A stretch of 50,145 nucleotides of DNA from Gammaproteobacteria bacterium (lineage in GTDB: Bacteria > Pseudomonadota > Gammaproteobacteria > Natronospirales > REEB76). The notes below the pieces were generated by a model, which was not told the origin of the DNA, did not search any database, and was given only the letters and a program-made list of their open reading frames with translations. The first letter of the stretch is position 1, and the number at the start of each line of letters is the position of its first letter. The stretch covers positions 1 to 50,145 of the forward strand of contig JBOIBL010000045.1 of NCBI GenBank assembly GCA_050739495.1, given 5' to 3'. Position numbers and translations under genes: made by a program. Below are positions 1 through 9,086 of the stretch, piece by piece.

Positions 1-2172
1 CCAGTCCACGCCGTGCATATGCGGATCATGGAAGTTGTCACGCAACCAGTGCCAGGCTTCCTCGAACATGACTTCCTTCTCATGTGCGAAGTCCACGTCC
101 ATCTCCGCGCTCACCGCCAACGGTTTGCTTTTACTGTCCGCCAAGGTGACCGAGAAGATGCGTCCGCCATCGAGATAGAACGCGGTTTTGCCATCGCCCG
201 TGAATTGGGCGCTGTGCTTGTCGCCGGCTGTGCTGGTGACCTGTTTCGCGACCGGCGGTTCCTGCGCCAGCGGATCGATGGAATAGGTGTAGAGATTGTT
301 CCTGCCCGCGACTGCTGCAGTCAGCAACAAGGTCTTGCCGTCAGCGCTGATATCCAGTGAACCCACATCAATGCCGACCGGGATCAGACTCAGGCGGTCG
401 CGGATCCCGTCGAATACCACCCGCACCGGTTCGACATGTTTATCGCCTGCCTGTTTGTGCGTGGTTGATCCAGAGCCCTGTTTTCCGGTTGGCCTTTCGT
501 GTTCGGCAGGTTTACCCGGCGCCGGTTCCTTGAACAGATCATGGAACTGATCTTCACGGAAGGTCGGCGTGCGTGGAATGAGGTCGACACGCGCGACCTG
601 CCCCGGTTCGGTACGCTGACCGGTCTCGAACAGCAATGCTTTGCCGTCCGGTGTCCAGCGCACATCATCGGCATTGGTGTTGGCGAGAAAACTCACCGGC
701 CCGCCCTTGCCATCCGCAACCGAGACGACTGCCGCATTCCGGTACAGACGCGGACCATAAGCGAGATAGGCAATCCAGCGGCTGTCCGGCGACCAGGCGA
801 ACGGGCGCTCGGAATCCAGCGGCGGATGGAAATCGATATCCGCTTTGACCAGCGCACGTGCCTTATGCGAGGCCAGATCAAGCACGTACAGTGACTTGGT
901 ATCGCGCAGGAATGCGAGTTGTTTGCCATCCGGTGAAAACTGTGGCTGGGTGTCTTCGCCTTTGCCGTCGGTCAACTGGGTTTCTTTACCGCTGACGAAA
1001 TCGTACAGGAACAGATGTTCGCCATCTCCGCGTTCCGATACATAAGCAATGCGCTGGCTATCCGGTGCCCAGGTCAATTCATACTCCATCGCCGGGGTAT
1101 GGGTGACGCGTGTGGCCGGACCACCCTTGCCGTCCGCAGCAGCAGCGAACACTTCCCCGTGCACGATAAAGGCGGCTTTCCTGCCGTCCGGCGAGACCGC
1201 AAGCTGGGTAAAATCCTTGCTGAAATTCTCGTGTGTGAGCGTCGGACCCTCTGCAGCACCATGCAGATGAATCGGCACCGGCCGGCTCTTGCCGGTTGCC
1301 GTAGTCAAAGTCCAGATGCCAAATCCGCGTTCGAACGCGATGCGGTTACCATCACTCGATATCGTCGGCCACAACACGCGGCCATTGCTGAAGTGCGTGA
1401 TTGCAACAAGCTTGCCGGTTCGATTCACCTGCCAGATATTCTCGGTGCCGTCGCGGTCGCTCATGTAATAAAGCGACTTGCCGTCCGCGGCCCACATCGG
1501 CCATTGGGCACGAGCATCGTCCGGTGTCAGTCGGGTGTAATGATGAGAGCCGTCGTTATCGAGCAGCCAGATCGCGGCTTCGTCTATGTGGCTATGACCA
1601 TGGCGCCACCATTGAAACCCACCGAGACCTTCACCGGTCAATGCGATTTCGCTGTTGTCGGGTGATGGGGAGCCGTCGGTCTCGTTGCGATAGGCCTCCA
1701 GCGATACCGGCATCGGCGTACCGCCGCTGACTTTTACCCGGTACACACCACTCATGCCGCCGACGTTGTCGCGCGCAGAACTGAAATACAGCCACCATCC
1801 GTCGTGCGACCAGGCGGACAATGCGTCGAACCCGTCGTCATAGGTGATACGGTTAAGTTGGCCGCTGGCAAAATCCAGCACATAAATGTCACCGTTGCCG
1901 GTGCGTGTGGATACGAACGCCAGGGCTTTGCCGTCCGGTGAATACAGGGGTCGCGATTCAGCCGCTGCACCCGAGACCAGCAATTGCGCTTCGCCGCCTG
2001 CCGCCGACACCGACCAGATATCGCCGCCCGAGACGAATGCTATCTCATTGCCATCCGGCGAAATCGCCGGCTCGGAAAGCGCCGGTGAAACATCGGCGGC
2101 CCGGACGGCAAAAGTGGGGAGCAATATTGCGACAGACAAGAGCGACGAAGCGACGAGACGGTGCAGGGACAT
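1..2172 (-). CDS. Tricorn-protease-like periplasmic peptidase. The window holds the N-terminal TolB/PD40-type beta-propeller part, and the S41 catalytic end runs off the window at position 1. Partial CDS.
   Basis: This ORF is absent from the ORF track because it is open at the window edge. Manual reverse-strand translation from the ATG (complement of 2170-2172) gives 724 stop-free codons. They begin MSLHRLVASSLLSVAILLPTFAVRAADV, a signal peptide. PD40-like motifs recur (ISPDGNEIAFVS, YSPDGKALAFVSTR, FSPDGKQLAFLRD, WSPDSRWIAYL, WTPDGKALLF). The last codons read FEEAWHWLRDNFHDPHMHGVDW, typical of the start of the tricorn-core/S41 region. The plus-strand ORFs here are short and junk-like. Confidence 0.8.
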   Translation of the reverse strand, partial: MSLHRLVASSLLSVAILLPTFAVRAADVSPALSEPAISPDGNEIAFVSGGDIWSVSAAGGEAQLLVSGAAAESRPLYSPDGKALAFVSTRTGNGDIYVLDFASGQLNRITYDDGFDALSAWSHDGWWLYFSSARDNVGGMSGVYRVKVSGGTPMPVSLEAYRNETDGSPSPDNSEIALTGEGLGGFQWWRHGHSHIDEAAIWLLDNDGSHHYTRLTPDDARAQWPMWAADGKSLYYMSDRDGTENIWQVNRTGKLVAITHFSNGRVLWPTISSDGNRIAFERGFGIWTLTTATGKSRPVPIHLHGAAEGPTLTHENFSKDFTQLAVSPDGRKAAFIVHGEVFAAAADGKGGPATRVTHTPAMEYELTWAPDSQRIAYVSERGDGEHLFLYDFVSGKETQLTDGKGEDTQPQFSPDGKQLAFLRDTKSLYVLDLASHKARALVKADIDFHPPLDSERPFAWSPDSRWIAYLAYGPRLYRNAAVVSVADGKGGPVSFLANTNADDVRWTPDGKALLFETGQRTEPGQVARVDLIPRTPTFREDQFHDLFKEPAPGKPAEHERPTGKQGSGSTTHKQAGDKHVEPVRVVFDGIRDRLSLIPVGIDVGSLDISADGKTLLLTAAVAGRNNLYTYSIDPLAQEPPVAKQVTSTAGDKHSAQFTGDGKTAFYLDGGRIFSVTLADSKSKPLAVSAEMDVDFAHEKEVMFEEAWHWLRDNFHDPHMHGVDW

Positions 2173-2309
2173 TGGCATCACCGGTTGGCAACGGAGGAGT
2201 ACCCGAGTTTAGCCGACTTGGAAGCAGGATTTCAGACAATTTGCTTGGAGCCGTATATGCGGGAACCGGGATAGCTCGGCAGCAGCCATCCCGGTCAGCA
2301 GCATCCCGA

Positions 2310-4175
2310 TTACCTGAATACCACCGCGATCCGGTTCGCGCTCATGATCCCGGTGCCCTGATCATAGTCGCCAATCGCGAACACGCCTTCGACCTTGGCA
2401 CTGCCGTTGAGGTCCGATTGCAGCGCCGACACGAAGCTGGAAAAGGTGATGAACAGTTGCAGACTGCCATTCGATTGCTTGATGGCATAGATGCCCAGAC
2501 TCGACGCCGGTTTGATGGTCGGGTCCTGTGCCGTGGTCAGAGTGGTGAAGACCGGTCCCTTGCGCACGAAATGTGCGGTGCCGATCGCAGCATTGCCCAT
2601 GTCGATCACGATCCCGGAACTCGCATCCAGCGATACAAACGGTGCGGTACTGCCACCGTTCACCACGTAACCTACCACCAGGTGCGCGTTCGCTGCCTGG
2701 TAATCCGCAATCGATGCGGCACTGAAATCCGGTGGTGCGGCACCGAACGGCGAAACAAACCCGGATACCTCTACCGGATCACCATTACCGATTCCGGATA
2801 ACGACAGACTGCCGGTGCTCGCCAGATAAGCGGCGGGGTCACTGCCAGTGCCGGTGAAATCGAACAGACTCACGGGACGGCCCTGGAACGACTGCACATT
2901 CAGGGTTACATCGCCGGTGCCAATGCTGCTCACCGTAGCCCCGACATGCGTATGCATTAGTAACACATAGCCCTTGGTGACATCCAGCGCCAAGGATGAG
3001 GCATTGGTATCAGTAAGCGTGCCCATGAACAGCACGTGTTGCCCGACCGAGATATCGACTGGCGTAAAGCTGGTCGAACCAGCGCCCTGTTCGCGTACCG
3101 TGGTATTGGAGCCGTCAGTCACGGTCACTTTATCGCGGAACACGGCAGACTGTTGCGTACGGATCAGTGTTGCACCGCGCACGGTGACGGTGCCGCCGTT
3201 GACCGCGGTCACCACGCCTTCAACTGCATCCAGCGTCCCACCCGGCACGCTCGAACCGGCATCGACTTCGGTCGCGACGAATTCGTCGCTGTTGAAATCG
3301 AAACTGCCACGGGCCAGCACTGCCGTGGTGGCACCGGCGGCGTTGAGTGCCGCGAGTCCGGCCGCGCCGGTGTACGACTGCATGTTGATGAGATAAGTCG
3401 TGCTGCCCGTGACATGCACTCCCGGACTGCCGAAATCGCCCGAGCGACTGTAGAACGGGCGTAACGCCAGAGTGAATTCGTCATTAGTGGTGTCCACCGA
3501 TGCCAGCGGACCGCGCACCTGTAAAGTCTTGCCGATATCCGGATTCACCTGCGCATACAACACCGGAGACACAGTGACTGTAGGCGGCGTGGTTGAGGTA
3601 TCGATCAGGTTCGATGCGCTGAGATCGAAATCGAGCCCGAACAATTGCGGCACGCCGGGTTTCAATATCAGATCACCACCGGAGGCCAGATTGATCGATA
3701 CGGTCAACTTGGTGATCGCATTTCCGTTCGAATCCACCACCTTGGCCGGTGTAGCAGTGCCGTTGACATCCACCTCGATATCCGCGCCGCTGTAGTCCAG
3801 CACCATCGAGCCCCTGGTATAGGTGCCGGGCGGAACCGTCTGCAAGGAAATGAATTCGGCCAGATCGGTATACTGCGAGAAATCCACCGAGGTCCTGCTG
3901 GACAATACATTCACCACCGTACCGTCCGCGCGCGTCAGGGTGATCGAATCGACAGTTACAACATAGGCGTCGAACTGTCCGTCGGCATCCGTGATGCTGC
4001 TGTAAAGGCAGGCATCTGCATCGTTCTTGGTGGGGTGGGTGCAATCGGTCGACGTATTGCCGCCGGAACCGGAACTCAGATTACTGCTGTCACTGTTACC
4101 ACCACATGCATTCAGCAGAAATATGCAACATGTAATCAGCACCACATTGCGCAAAACCCGAAGTACGTTCAGCAT
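2310..4175 (-). CDS. Large lipoprotein with a DUF4382-like N-terminal domain
   Basis: The ORF is 2310-4211. The internal ATG at 4175 is preceded by GGGAGGGAAG and gives MLNVLRVLRNVVLITCCIFLLNAC, a lipobox. The stretch ITDADGQFDAYVVTVDSITL...VPPGTYTRGSMVLDY fits the DUF4382 pattern. The rest is Thr/Gly/Val-rich and beta-strand-like. Confidence 0.6.
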   Translation of the reverse strand: MLNVLRVLRNVVLITCCIFLLNACGGNSDSSNLSSGSGGNTSTDCTHPTKNDADACLYSSITDADGQFDAYVVTVDSITLTRADGTVVNVLSSRTSVDFSQYTDLAEFISLQTVPPGTYTRGSMVLDYSGADIEVDVNGTATPAKVVDSNGNAITKLTVSINLASGGDLILKPGVPQLFGLDFDLSASNLIDTSTTPPTVTVSPVLYAQVNPDIGKTLQVRGPLASVDTTNDEFTLALRPFYSRSGDFGSPGVHVTGSTTYLINMQSYTGAAGLAALNAAGATTAVLARGSFDFNSDEFVATEVDAGSSVPGGTLDAVEGVVTAVNGGTVTVRGATLIRTQQSAVFRDKVTVTDGSNTTVREQGAGSTSFTPVDISVGQHVLFMGTLTDTNASSLALDVTKGYVLLMHTHVGATVSSIGTGDVTLNVQSFQGRPVSLFDFTGTGSDPAAYLASTGSLSLSGIGNGDPVEVSGFVSPFGAAPPDFSAASIADYQAANAHLVVGYVVNGGSTAPFVSLDASSGIVIDMGNAAIGTAHFVRKGPVFTTLTTAQDPTIKPASSLGIYAIKQSNGSLQLFITFSSFVSALQSDLNGSAKVEGVFAIGDYDQGTGIMSANRIAVVFR

Positions 4176-4296
4176 GACTTCCCTCCCTTGGGGTTGCAAC
4201 AGGCATTGCAAAATGAAAACGCTTGTGAAGAAGTATCGTTGACGTATCGGGATTTACCCGCCCGTTACTGCGGACTTATGTAATTCGGAGAAGGCT

Positions 4297-4752
4297 TTGA
4301 AATACGAACATCTGATACAGGTCAATGATCCAAACGATCCTGCCATCATCCCGTTGACACGATCGCAGTTGTGGCGCGGCCTGTTGATGCGTGCCGAGAA
4401 CCCCGGGGAATTCGTATATGGCCTGGATGCGATGCGGATACGCGCTCGTGGTGACGGGTTTATCGAGCGCACCCTGTATTTCGGCATTCGCGTCATCAAC
4501 GACCGGGTAAGTTTTGTCGAAAACGAATCAGTACGTTACAGCATAGAGCCCGGCCCCGAATTCCCCGACAGTCATATGAGCATGCACATCGAAGAGCCAC
4601 TACCGGAGCATCTGTTCCTTCGGTTCAGCTATGAAACCTCGACCCCGGACGGCGCCGAATTCGAGGATTTCGTGAAACAGGCCTATTTCGAAGCCGATCT
4701 CGATACCGTGAGCCGTATCAGGATGTTGGCTGCACGTGGCAGTCTGGATTGA
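4297..4752 (+). CDS. DUF1857 / AtaL-like SRPBCC-fold protein
   Basis: TTG start with GGAGAAGG upstream. MKYEHLIQVNDPNDPAIIPLTRSQLWRGLLMRAENPGEFV is the characteristic DUF1857 N-terminus. Confidence 0.7.
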   Translation: MKYEHLIQVNDPNDPAIIPLTRSQLWRGLLMRAENPGEFVYGLDAMRIRARGDGFIERTLYFGIRVINDRVSFVENESVRYSIEPGPEFPDSHMSMHIEEPLPEHLFLRFSYETSTPDGAEFEDFVKQAYFEADLDTVSRIRMLAARGSLD

Positions 4753-4886
4753 TAGTCGCTGCACGTCCCGTCTCCGCTGTACGCCATACCTTACGCAGCG
4801 TGTAGGAAATTGCCGACTTGTTGCCCTCCGGGAGGGCGCCTAGACTGACCGCGGTCGTGCACAGCATCTCGGTAGGGGAATCGAAC

Positions 4887-5153
4887 ATGTCGTCAGCCCG
4901 TGTCAGGTCGCTGATCAGCCTGCTGGATTCCAGCATCTATTGCTCATTGTGTAATCCCCCGGTTCCGGTCGAGATTCGCGCGCGGGTGTTTTACCGGCTA
5001 CGCGACGAGGACCCCGTCACCTGTCCGAACGGCCACCATGGCACCTTGCGGGATTACAAAAACGCGGTCGCCAATCCGGGGGAACAATCCGGCCCCTTTA
5101 TCCTGCAGCAGCATGGCGCGCCGGCTTTGCAGACTGTGGACCAGCCTGAATAA
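4887..5153 (+). CDS. Small hypothetical Cys/His protein (88 aa), possibly zinc-ribbon-like
   Basis: This is the ATG internal to ORF 4818-5153. Third codon positions are strongly G/C-biased, like the neighbouring genes. It contains CSLC ... CPNGHH. I recognise no family. Confidence 0.35.
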   Translation: MSSARVRSLISLLDSSIYCSLCNPPVPVEIRARVFYRLRDEDPVTCPNGHHGTLRDYKNAVANPGEQSGPFILQQHGAPALQTVDQPE

Positions 5154-5215
5154 AGTCAGTGCCGATCATCCACATTATTCTCTCTTGCCCCAGTTCTACA
5201 TCCCGACCCCGCCCA

Positions 5216-5255
5216 TAGTCATATCCCTGTAATGCCTCTGTCATCTGCCTGACCC
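5216..5255 (+). promoter_or_regulatory. Putative PhoB-binding site (PHO-box array) upstream of the plcP-like operon
   Basis: Four 7-mers sit in an exact 11-bp register: TAGTCAT (5216), CTGTAAT (5227), CTGTCAT (5238) and CTGACCC (5249). The central pair, CTGTAATgcctCTGTCAT, is a near-consensus E. coli-type PHO box. The array lies 30-70 nt upstream of the ATG at 5287. Confidence 0.6.
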
Positions 5256-5286
5256 CGGCAGACGTCATCATGCCAGCCAATATGGC

Positions 5287-6141
5287 ATGCAGTATCAATC
5301 CATGTCCGTGCACCATCTGAATACCTTGCGCTATCGCAGCATCTTCATCTCGGATGTGCATCTGGGATTCCGTGGTTGCCGGGCGGAGTTCCTGCTCGAC
5401 TTCCTGCGCAGCACCGAATCCGAATATCTTTACCTGGTCGGTGACATCATCGACGTATGGGAAATGCGCAACCGGCTGTTCTGGCCGCAGGCACATAACA
5501 ACGTGATCCGCACCGTCCTCGGCAAAGCCAAGCGCGGGACCAAGGTCATCTATATCCCCGGCAATCATGATGAAGTATTGCGCGATTACGCCGGTATGGA
5601 CTTCGGCAATGTCGCGATCCGCCGCGACGCGATCCATGAAACCGCTGATGGCAAACGCCTGCTGGTGTTGCATGGCGACGAGTTTGACAGTGTGGTGCAG
5701 TGCAGTCGTTTGCTGGCAATGCTGGGCAACAAAACCTACGACTGGCTGCTGTATCTCAACCGTTGGCTGAATGTATTTCGCCGCAAACTCGGCTTTCCTT
5801 ACTGGTCACTGGCCTCGTATCTCAAGCACAAGGTCAAGAATGCCATGCAGTTCATCAGTGACTTCGAGCATGCGGTGGCCCGCGAAGTGCAGAAACGCAA
5901 CGTGCATGGCGTGGTCTGCGGACACATCCACCACGCCGAGATCACGACCCACAACGGTATCCTGTATTGCAACGACGGCGACTGGGTGGAATCCTGCACC
6001 GCGCTGATCGAGAAACACGACGGTGGACTGGAATTACTCAATTGGACCGAGCAGCAATCCCTGATGAAATCGTCGCACCCGCTCGCCGGATTCAATCCGG
6101 AAATGCCGAAGGCTGCGAGACAGAGTGTAACCCTGCCGTGA
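5287..6141 (+). CDS. LpxH-superfamily metallophosphoesterase of the PlcP type (phospholipase C used in phosphate-starvation lipid remodelling)
   Basis: Motifs IFISDVHLGFRGCRAEFLLDFL, GDIIDVW, IPGNHDE, VLHGDEFD, CGHIHH and GDWVESCTAL. The stop codon overlaps the start of the next gene (GTGA). A PHO-box array lies upstream. The start could instead be the ATG at 5302. Confidence 0.75.
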   Translation: MQYQSMSVHHLNTLRYRSIFISDVHLGFRGCRAEFLLDFLRSTESEYLYLVGDIIDVWEMRNRLFWPQAHNNVIRTVLGKAKRGTKVIYIPGNHDEVLRDYAGMDFGNVAIRRDAIHETADGKRLLVLHGDEFDSVVQCSRLLAMLGNKTYDWLLYLNRWLNVFRRKLGFPYWSLASYLKHKVKNAMQFISDFEHAVAREVQKRNVHGVVCGHIHHAEITTHNGILYCNDGDWVESCTALIEKHDGGLELLNWTEQQSLMKSSHPLAGFNPEMPKAARQSVTLP

Positions 6142-7160
6142 AGATCGCTATCGTTACCGACACCTGGCTGCCGGAAGTCAATGGCGTAGTAGTGACCCTG
6201 CGTCACACCATGCAGCAACTCAGCGCCAGCGGACACGAATTTGTACTCATCTCTCCCAATGGTTTTCGCACCATTGGCATGCCGGGTTACAGCAGTATCC
6301 GGCTCGCACTGTTTCCGGGCCACGCAGTCGCGCGCAAGCTTGACACTGAAAAACCCGACAGCATCCATATCGCAACCGAAGGTCCGTTGGGTATTGCGGC
6401 ACGCCGCTACTGCCTGGATCACAATCTCGACTTCACTACCTGTTATCACACCCGTTTCCCGGAATATCTGCGCGCCCGCGCACCGGTCCCGCTGAGCGTG
6501 AGTTATGCCTGGTTGCGGCGCTTCCATAAACCAGCCCGGTGCGTGATGGTTTCGACTCCAAGCCTCGCACGCGAACTCGCCGCCCACGGATTCAGCAACA
6601 TCGTGCTCTGGAACAAGGGCGTGGATACCGAACTGTTTCGTCCGCGCAGCAAGAGCGAACTCGATGCAGAACGTCCGATCTGGATGTATGTGGGGCGGGT
6701 CGCGGTGGAAAAGAACGTGCGGGCGTTCCTGTCGCTGGAATTACCCGGCACCCAGTATGTCGTCGGCGATGGCCCTGATCTGGAAGCGATGCAGGCTCGT
6801 TACTCATCGGCGCGTTTCACCGGATTCCTGTTGGGTCAGGATCTGGCACGACATCTGGCCTCGGCGGACGTGCTGGTATTCCCCAGCCGTACGGATACTT
6901 TCGGCCTGGTGCAACTCGAGGCGATGGCGTGCGGCGTGCCGGTGGCGGCATACCCGGTTACCGGGCCACTGGATGTAATCGAGCAGGGTGTCACCGGTTA
7001 TTGCGACGAAGACCTGCGCCATGCCGCCCTGGCCTGTCTGGAACTGGATGGCGAACGCTGTCGCGAATACGCGATCAATCACGGCTGGGCGCAGGTCGCC
7101 GCACAGTTCCTCGACTACATGGTACCGGCGACGCCGGCACGAGAACGCATGGCGGGTTGA
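6138..7160 (+). CDS. GT4-family glycosyltransferase, SQD2/Agt-like (putative glycosyl-diacylglycerol synthase)
   Basis: The GTG at 6138 overlaps the upstream TGA by 4 nt. The ORF-track start at 5967 lies inside the previous gene. VKIAIVTDTWLPEVNGVV, LWNKGVDTELFRPR, VGRVAVEKN and FPSRTDTFGLVQLEAMACGVPV (EX7E) resemble SQD2/SqdX-type lipid glycosyltransferases. Confidence 0.8.
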   Translation: MKIAIVTDTWLPEVNGVVVTLRHTMQQLSASGHEFVLISPNGFRTIGMPGYSSIRLALFPGHAVARKLDTEKPDSIHIATEGPLGIAARRYCLDHNLDFTTCYHTRFPEYLRARAPVPLSVSYAWLRRFHKPARCVMVSTPSLARELAAHGFSNIVLWNKGVDTELFRPRSKSELDAERPIWMYVGRVAVEKNVRAFLSLELPGTQYVVGDGPDLEAMQARYSSARFTGFLLGQDLARHLASADVLVFPSRTDTFGLVQLEAMACGVPVAAYPVTGPLDVIEQGVTGYCDEDLRHAALACLELDGERCREYAINHGWAQVAAQFLDYMVPATPARERMAG

Positions 7161-7240
7161 GCGCGTAGCGCTTCCGGCTTCGCACTTAAGTTTCGGATAT
7201 CAGTGGACTCGATCGTGCGGTAACAATCACCGCAGACAGA

Positions 7241-7582
7241 CTAATTGAACACGCGCTTCCAGTCGGTAATATCCTGGTCACGGGTATTGACGATTTCGAT
7301 GCCGATGGCATAACCATCCTTGCCACCCAGCACCTTCATCCATTTGACTTCGCCGATCAGATGGAACGAATTTCCGTAGCCTTCCATGTAAGCCATGATG
7401 TCGAGCTTCTCGCCGACAGGATAAGAGTGCCTGAGCCGAATCTGCATTCCGCCTACCGATACATCGATGATCTTGCAGTGGAACCCGGTGCGATCGGATT
7501 CCTCTTCCGCATAAGAACGCACGATGGCCCGTTCCTCAAGGCTCATGCGTTTGTACTTGCGGCGTTCTTCGACTTTATTCAT
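7241..7582 (-). CDS. PilZ-domain protein (c-di-GMP receptor candidate)
   Basis: RRKYKR (RxxxR) followed by IIDVSVGGMQI (DxSxxG). The start was moved to the ATG at 7582 (MNKVEERRKYKR). Confidence 0.8.
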   Translation of the reverse strand: MNKVEERRKYKRMSLEERAIVRSYAEEESDRTGFHCKIIDVSVGGMQIRLRHSYPVGEKLDIMAYMEGYGNSFHLIGEVKWMKVLGGKDGYAIGIEIVNTRDQDITDWKRVFN

Positions 7583-7660
7583 CCGCCCGGCCCCCGAGAG
7601 AATCTGCAAATGCCGATCCGCATCATTATTTTACATATATAAGGTTTAGGGTATTGAGCC

Positions 7661-7687
7661 TGAATAGTACGTCATGAATAGTACGTC
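7661..7687. repeat. Tandem direct repeat TGAATAGTACGTC x2 (14-bp register) in the PilZ promoter region
   Basis: Read directly from the sequence: 7661-7673 and 7675-7687 are identical 13-mers separated by one A. On the minus strand they lie about 20 nt upstream of a TATATAT/TAAAAT -10-like stretch. Confidence 0.6.
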
Positions 7688-7710
7688 GTCGAGCGATCTC
7701 CAGGGTGCGG

Positions 7711-9000
7711 CTATGCCGCAAGTGGCTTGTTATAGCCGATACCTCGCATCTGCGGGCTCGTGAGACATAACAGCGCGAAAACACTGAGGATCACTCCCGC
7801 GCCACCAAACAATGCGCTCAGCGAAATCACCTTCAGCAATGCGCCCGAAACAGCCGCCGAGATCGGCCCCAGACCCATGAACGTGAACAGCAGCACGCTC
7901 ATGGTTCGGCCCATCATCTCCTGCGACACGCGCCGCTGCACCCAGGTGAACACGGCGATCTGCGCGACACCTGCCAGCAGACCCACCGCACCGAGCAGAC
8001 TTGCGCCGGCCAGGGTGGAATGCACCAGGGTCAGCGCGATGATGGCCAGACCGACACAGGTATCGACGCACAGCACCATGATGCCGATGCGACCGCGTGC
8101 CAGTCGGGTACCGAGTCCCGACAGGATGCTGCCGATCACCACCCCGCCACCATTCGCCGTCATCAGGACCCCCAGCGAAGCCGCACCCCAGTCGAGCCGC
8201 GTATCCGCCAGCACCGGCAGACCGACCTGGATCGGGCCGCCCACGAATACCGATACCGCCGCCGCGTAAAGGATGAAGGCACGCAACGACACATCTGCCC
8301 AGATGGCGCGCACACCAATTGCGACATCCGCCAACACGCCACTCACGGGTTTGGGCGGATGATAGTCGCTGTGAATACGGACCATCATCAACGAACCCAG
8401 CGAGAACAGGAAACTCACCGCATCGATGCTGAACGCAAGCCCCATGCCGGAGGCATCCGAGACTGCAGGTGTTGTGACGACCTTGTGCGCACCAAGACTG
8501 ATCACCAGACCCGCCAGCGCCGGCCCCACGAACATCGTCAACTGCCGCATGCTCATGAACAACGCATTGGAAACCTGCAACTGCTGCGGTTCAACCAGCT
8601 GAGGCAGAATCGCGGTGCCGGCCGGATAGGCGAACGCAGTGGAAAGCCCAATTCCCAGAGCGAGCGCATACACCATCCACATCTGGATCGCTCCGCTCAA
8701 TACCAGTACGGCGAGGATCGCGATCAATATCGCATTGACAGTCCGCGAAGCGAGCAATACCCGGCGTGGCGACATGCGATCCACCACTGCACCACCGATG
8801 AGCATGAACATGGCACGCGGCAGAGCCATGGCCGCGAGCACCAGACCCAGCGCTGCGGCATCGCCGGTGAGTTTCAGCACCAGCCACGGCAACGCCACCA
8901 ATGTGAACTGGTCGCCCAGCGCCGAGACGCTGCTGCCACCGAACAGCAAGCGGAAATCCCGGTTTGCAAATACCGATGGCCGTTGGATCTTGTCTGACAT
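7711..9000 (-). CDS. MFS transporter (MFS_3 / EntS-like subfamily)
   Basis: 429 aa with about 12 hydrophobic segments. The N-terminus NRDFRLLFGGSSVSALGDQFTLVALPWLVL is typical of this subfamily. Confidence 0.85.
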   Translation of the reverse strand: MSDKIQRPSVFANRDFRLLFGGSSVSALGDQFTLVALPWLVLKLTGDAAALGLVLAAMALPRAMFMLIGGAVVDRMSPRRVLLASRTVNAILIAILAVLVLSGAIQMWMVYALALGIGLSTAFAYPAGTAILPQLVEPQQLQVSNALFMSMRQLTMFVGPALAGLVISLGAHKVVTTPAVSDASGMGLAFSIDAVSFLFSLGSLMMVRIHSDYHPPKPVSGVLADVAIGVRAIWADVSLRAFILYAAAVSVFVGGPIQVGLPVLADTRLDWGAASLGVLMTANGGGVVIGSILSGLGTRLARGRIGIMVLCVDTCVGLAIIALTLVHSTLAGASLLGAVGLLAGVAQIAVFTWVQRRVSQEMMGRTMSVLLFTFMGLGPISAAVSGALLKVISLSALFGGAGVILSVFALLCLTSPQMRGIGYNKPLAA

Positions 9001-9086
9001 GGTGCTCTCCGCATCAGCCTGTTATGACAGGCAGCCATATTGCAACAAACCCGGCAGCCGGTGAACGGTTATTCGTTAGCCGTACC

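Noticed and set aside
8020-8997. Long ORFs antisense to recognised genes. Examples are 8020-8997, 12746-13735, 24642-25487, 5799-6587, 44924-45703, 48504-49550 and 40504-41082.
   Set aside because: Their translations are Arg/His/Pro/Gln-rich and not protein-like, and each is fully shadowed by a gene with clear family motifs on the other strand. This is the usual artefact of GC-rich DNA.
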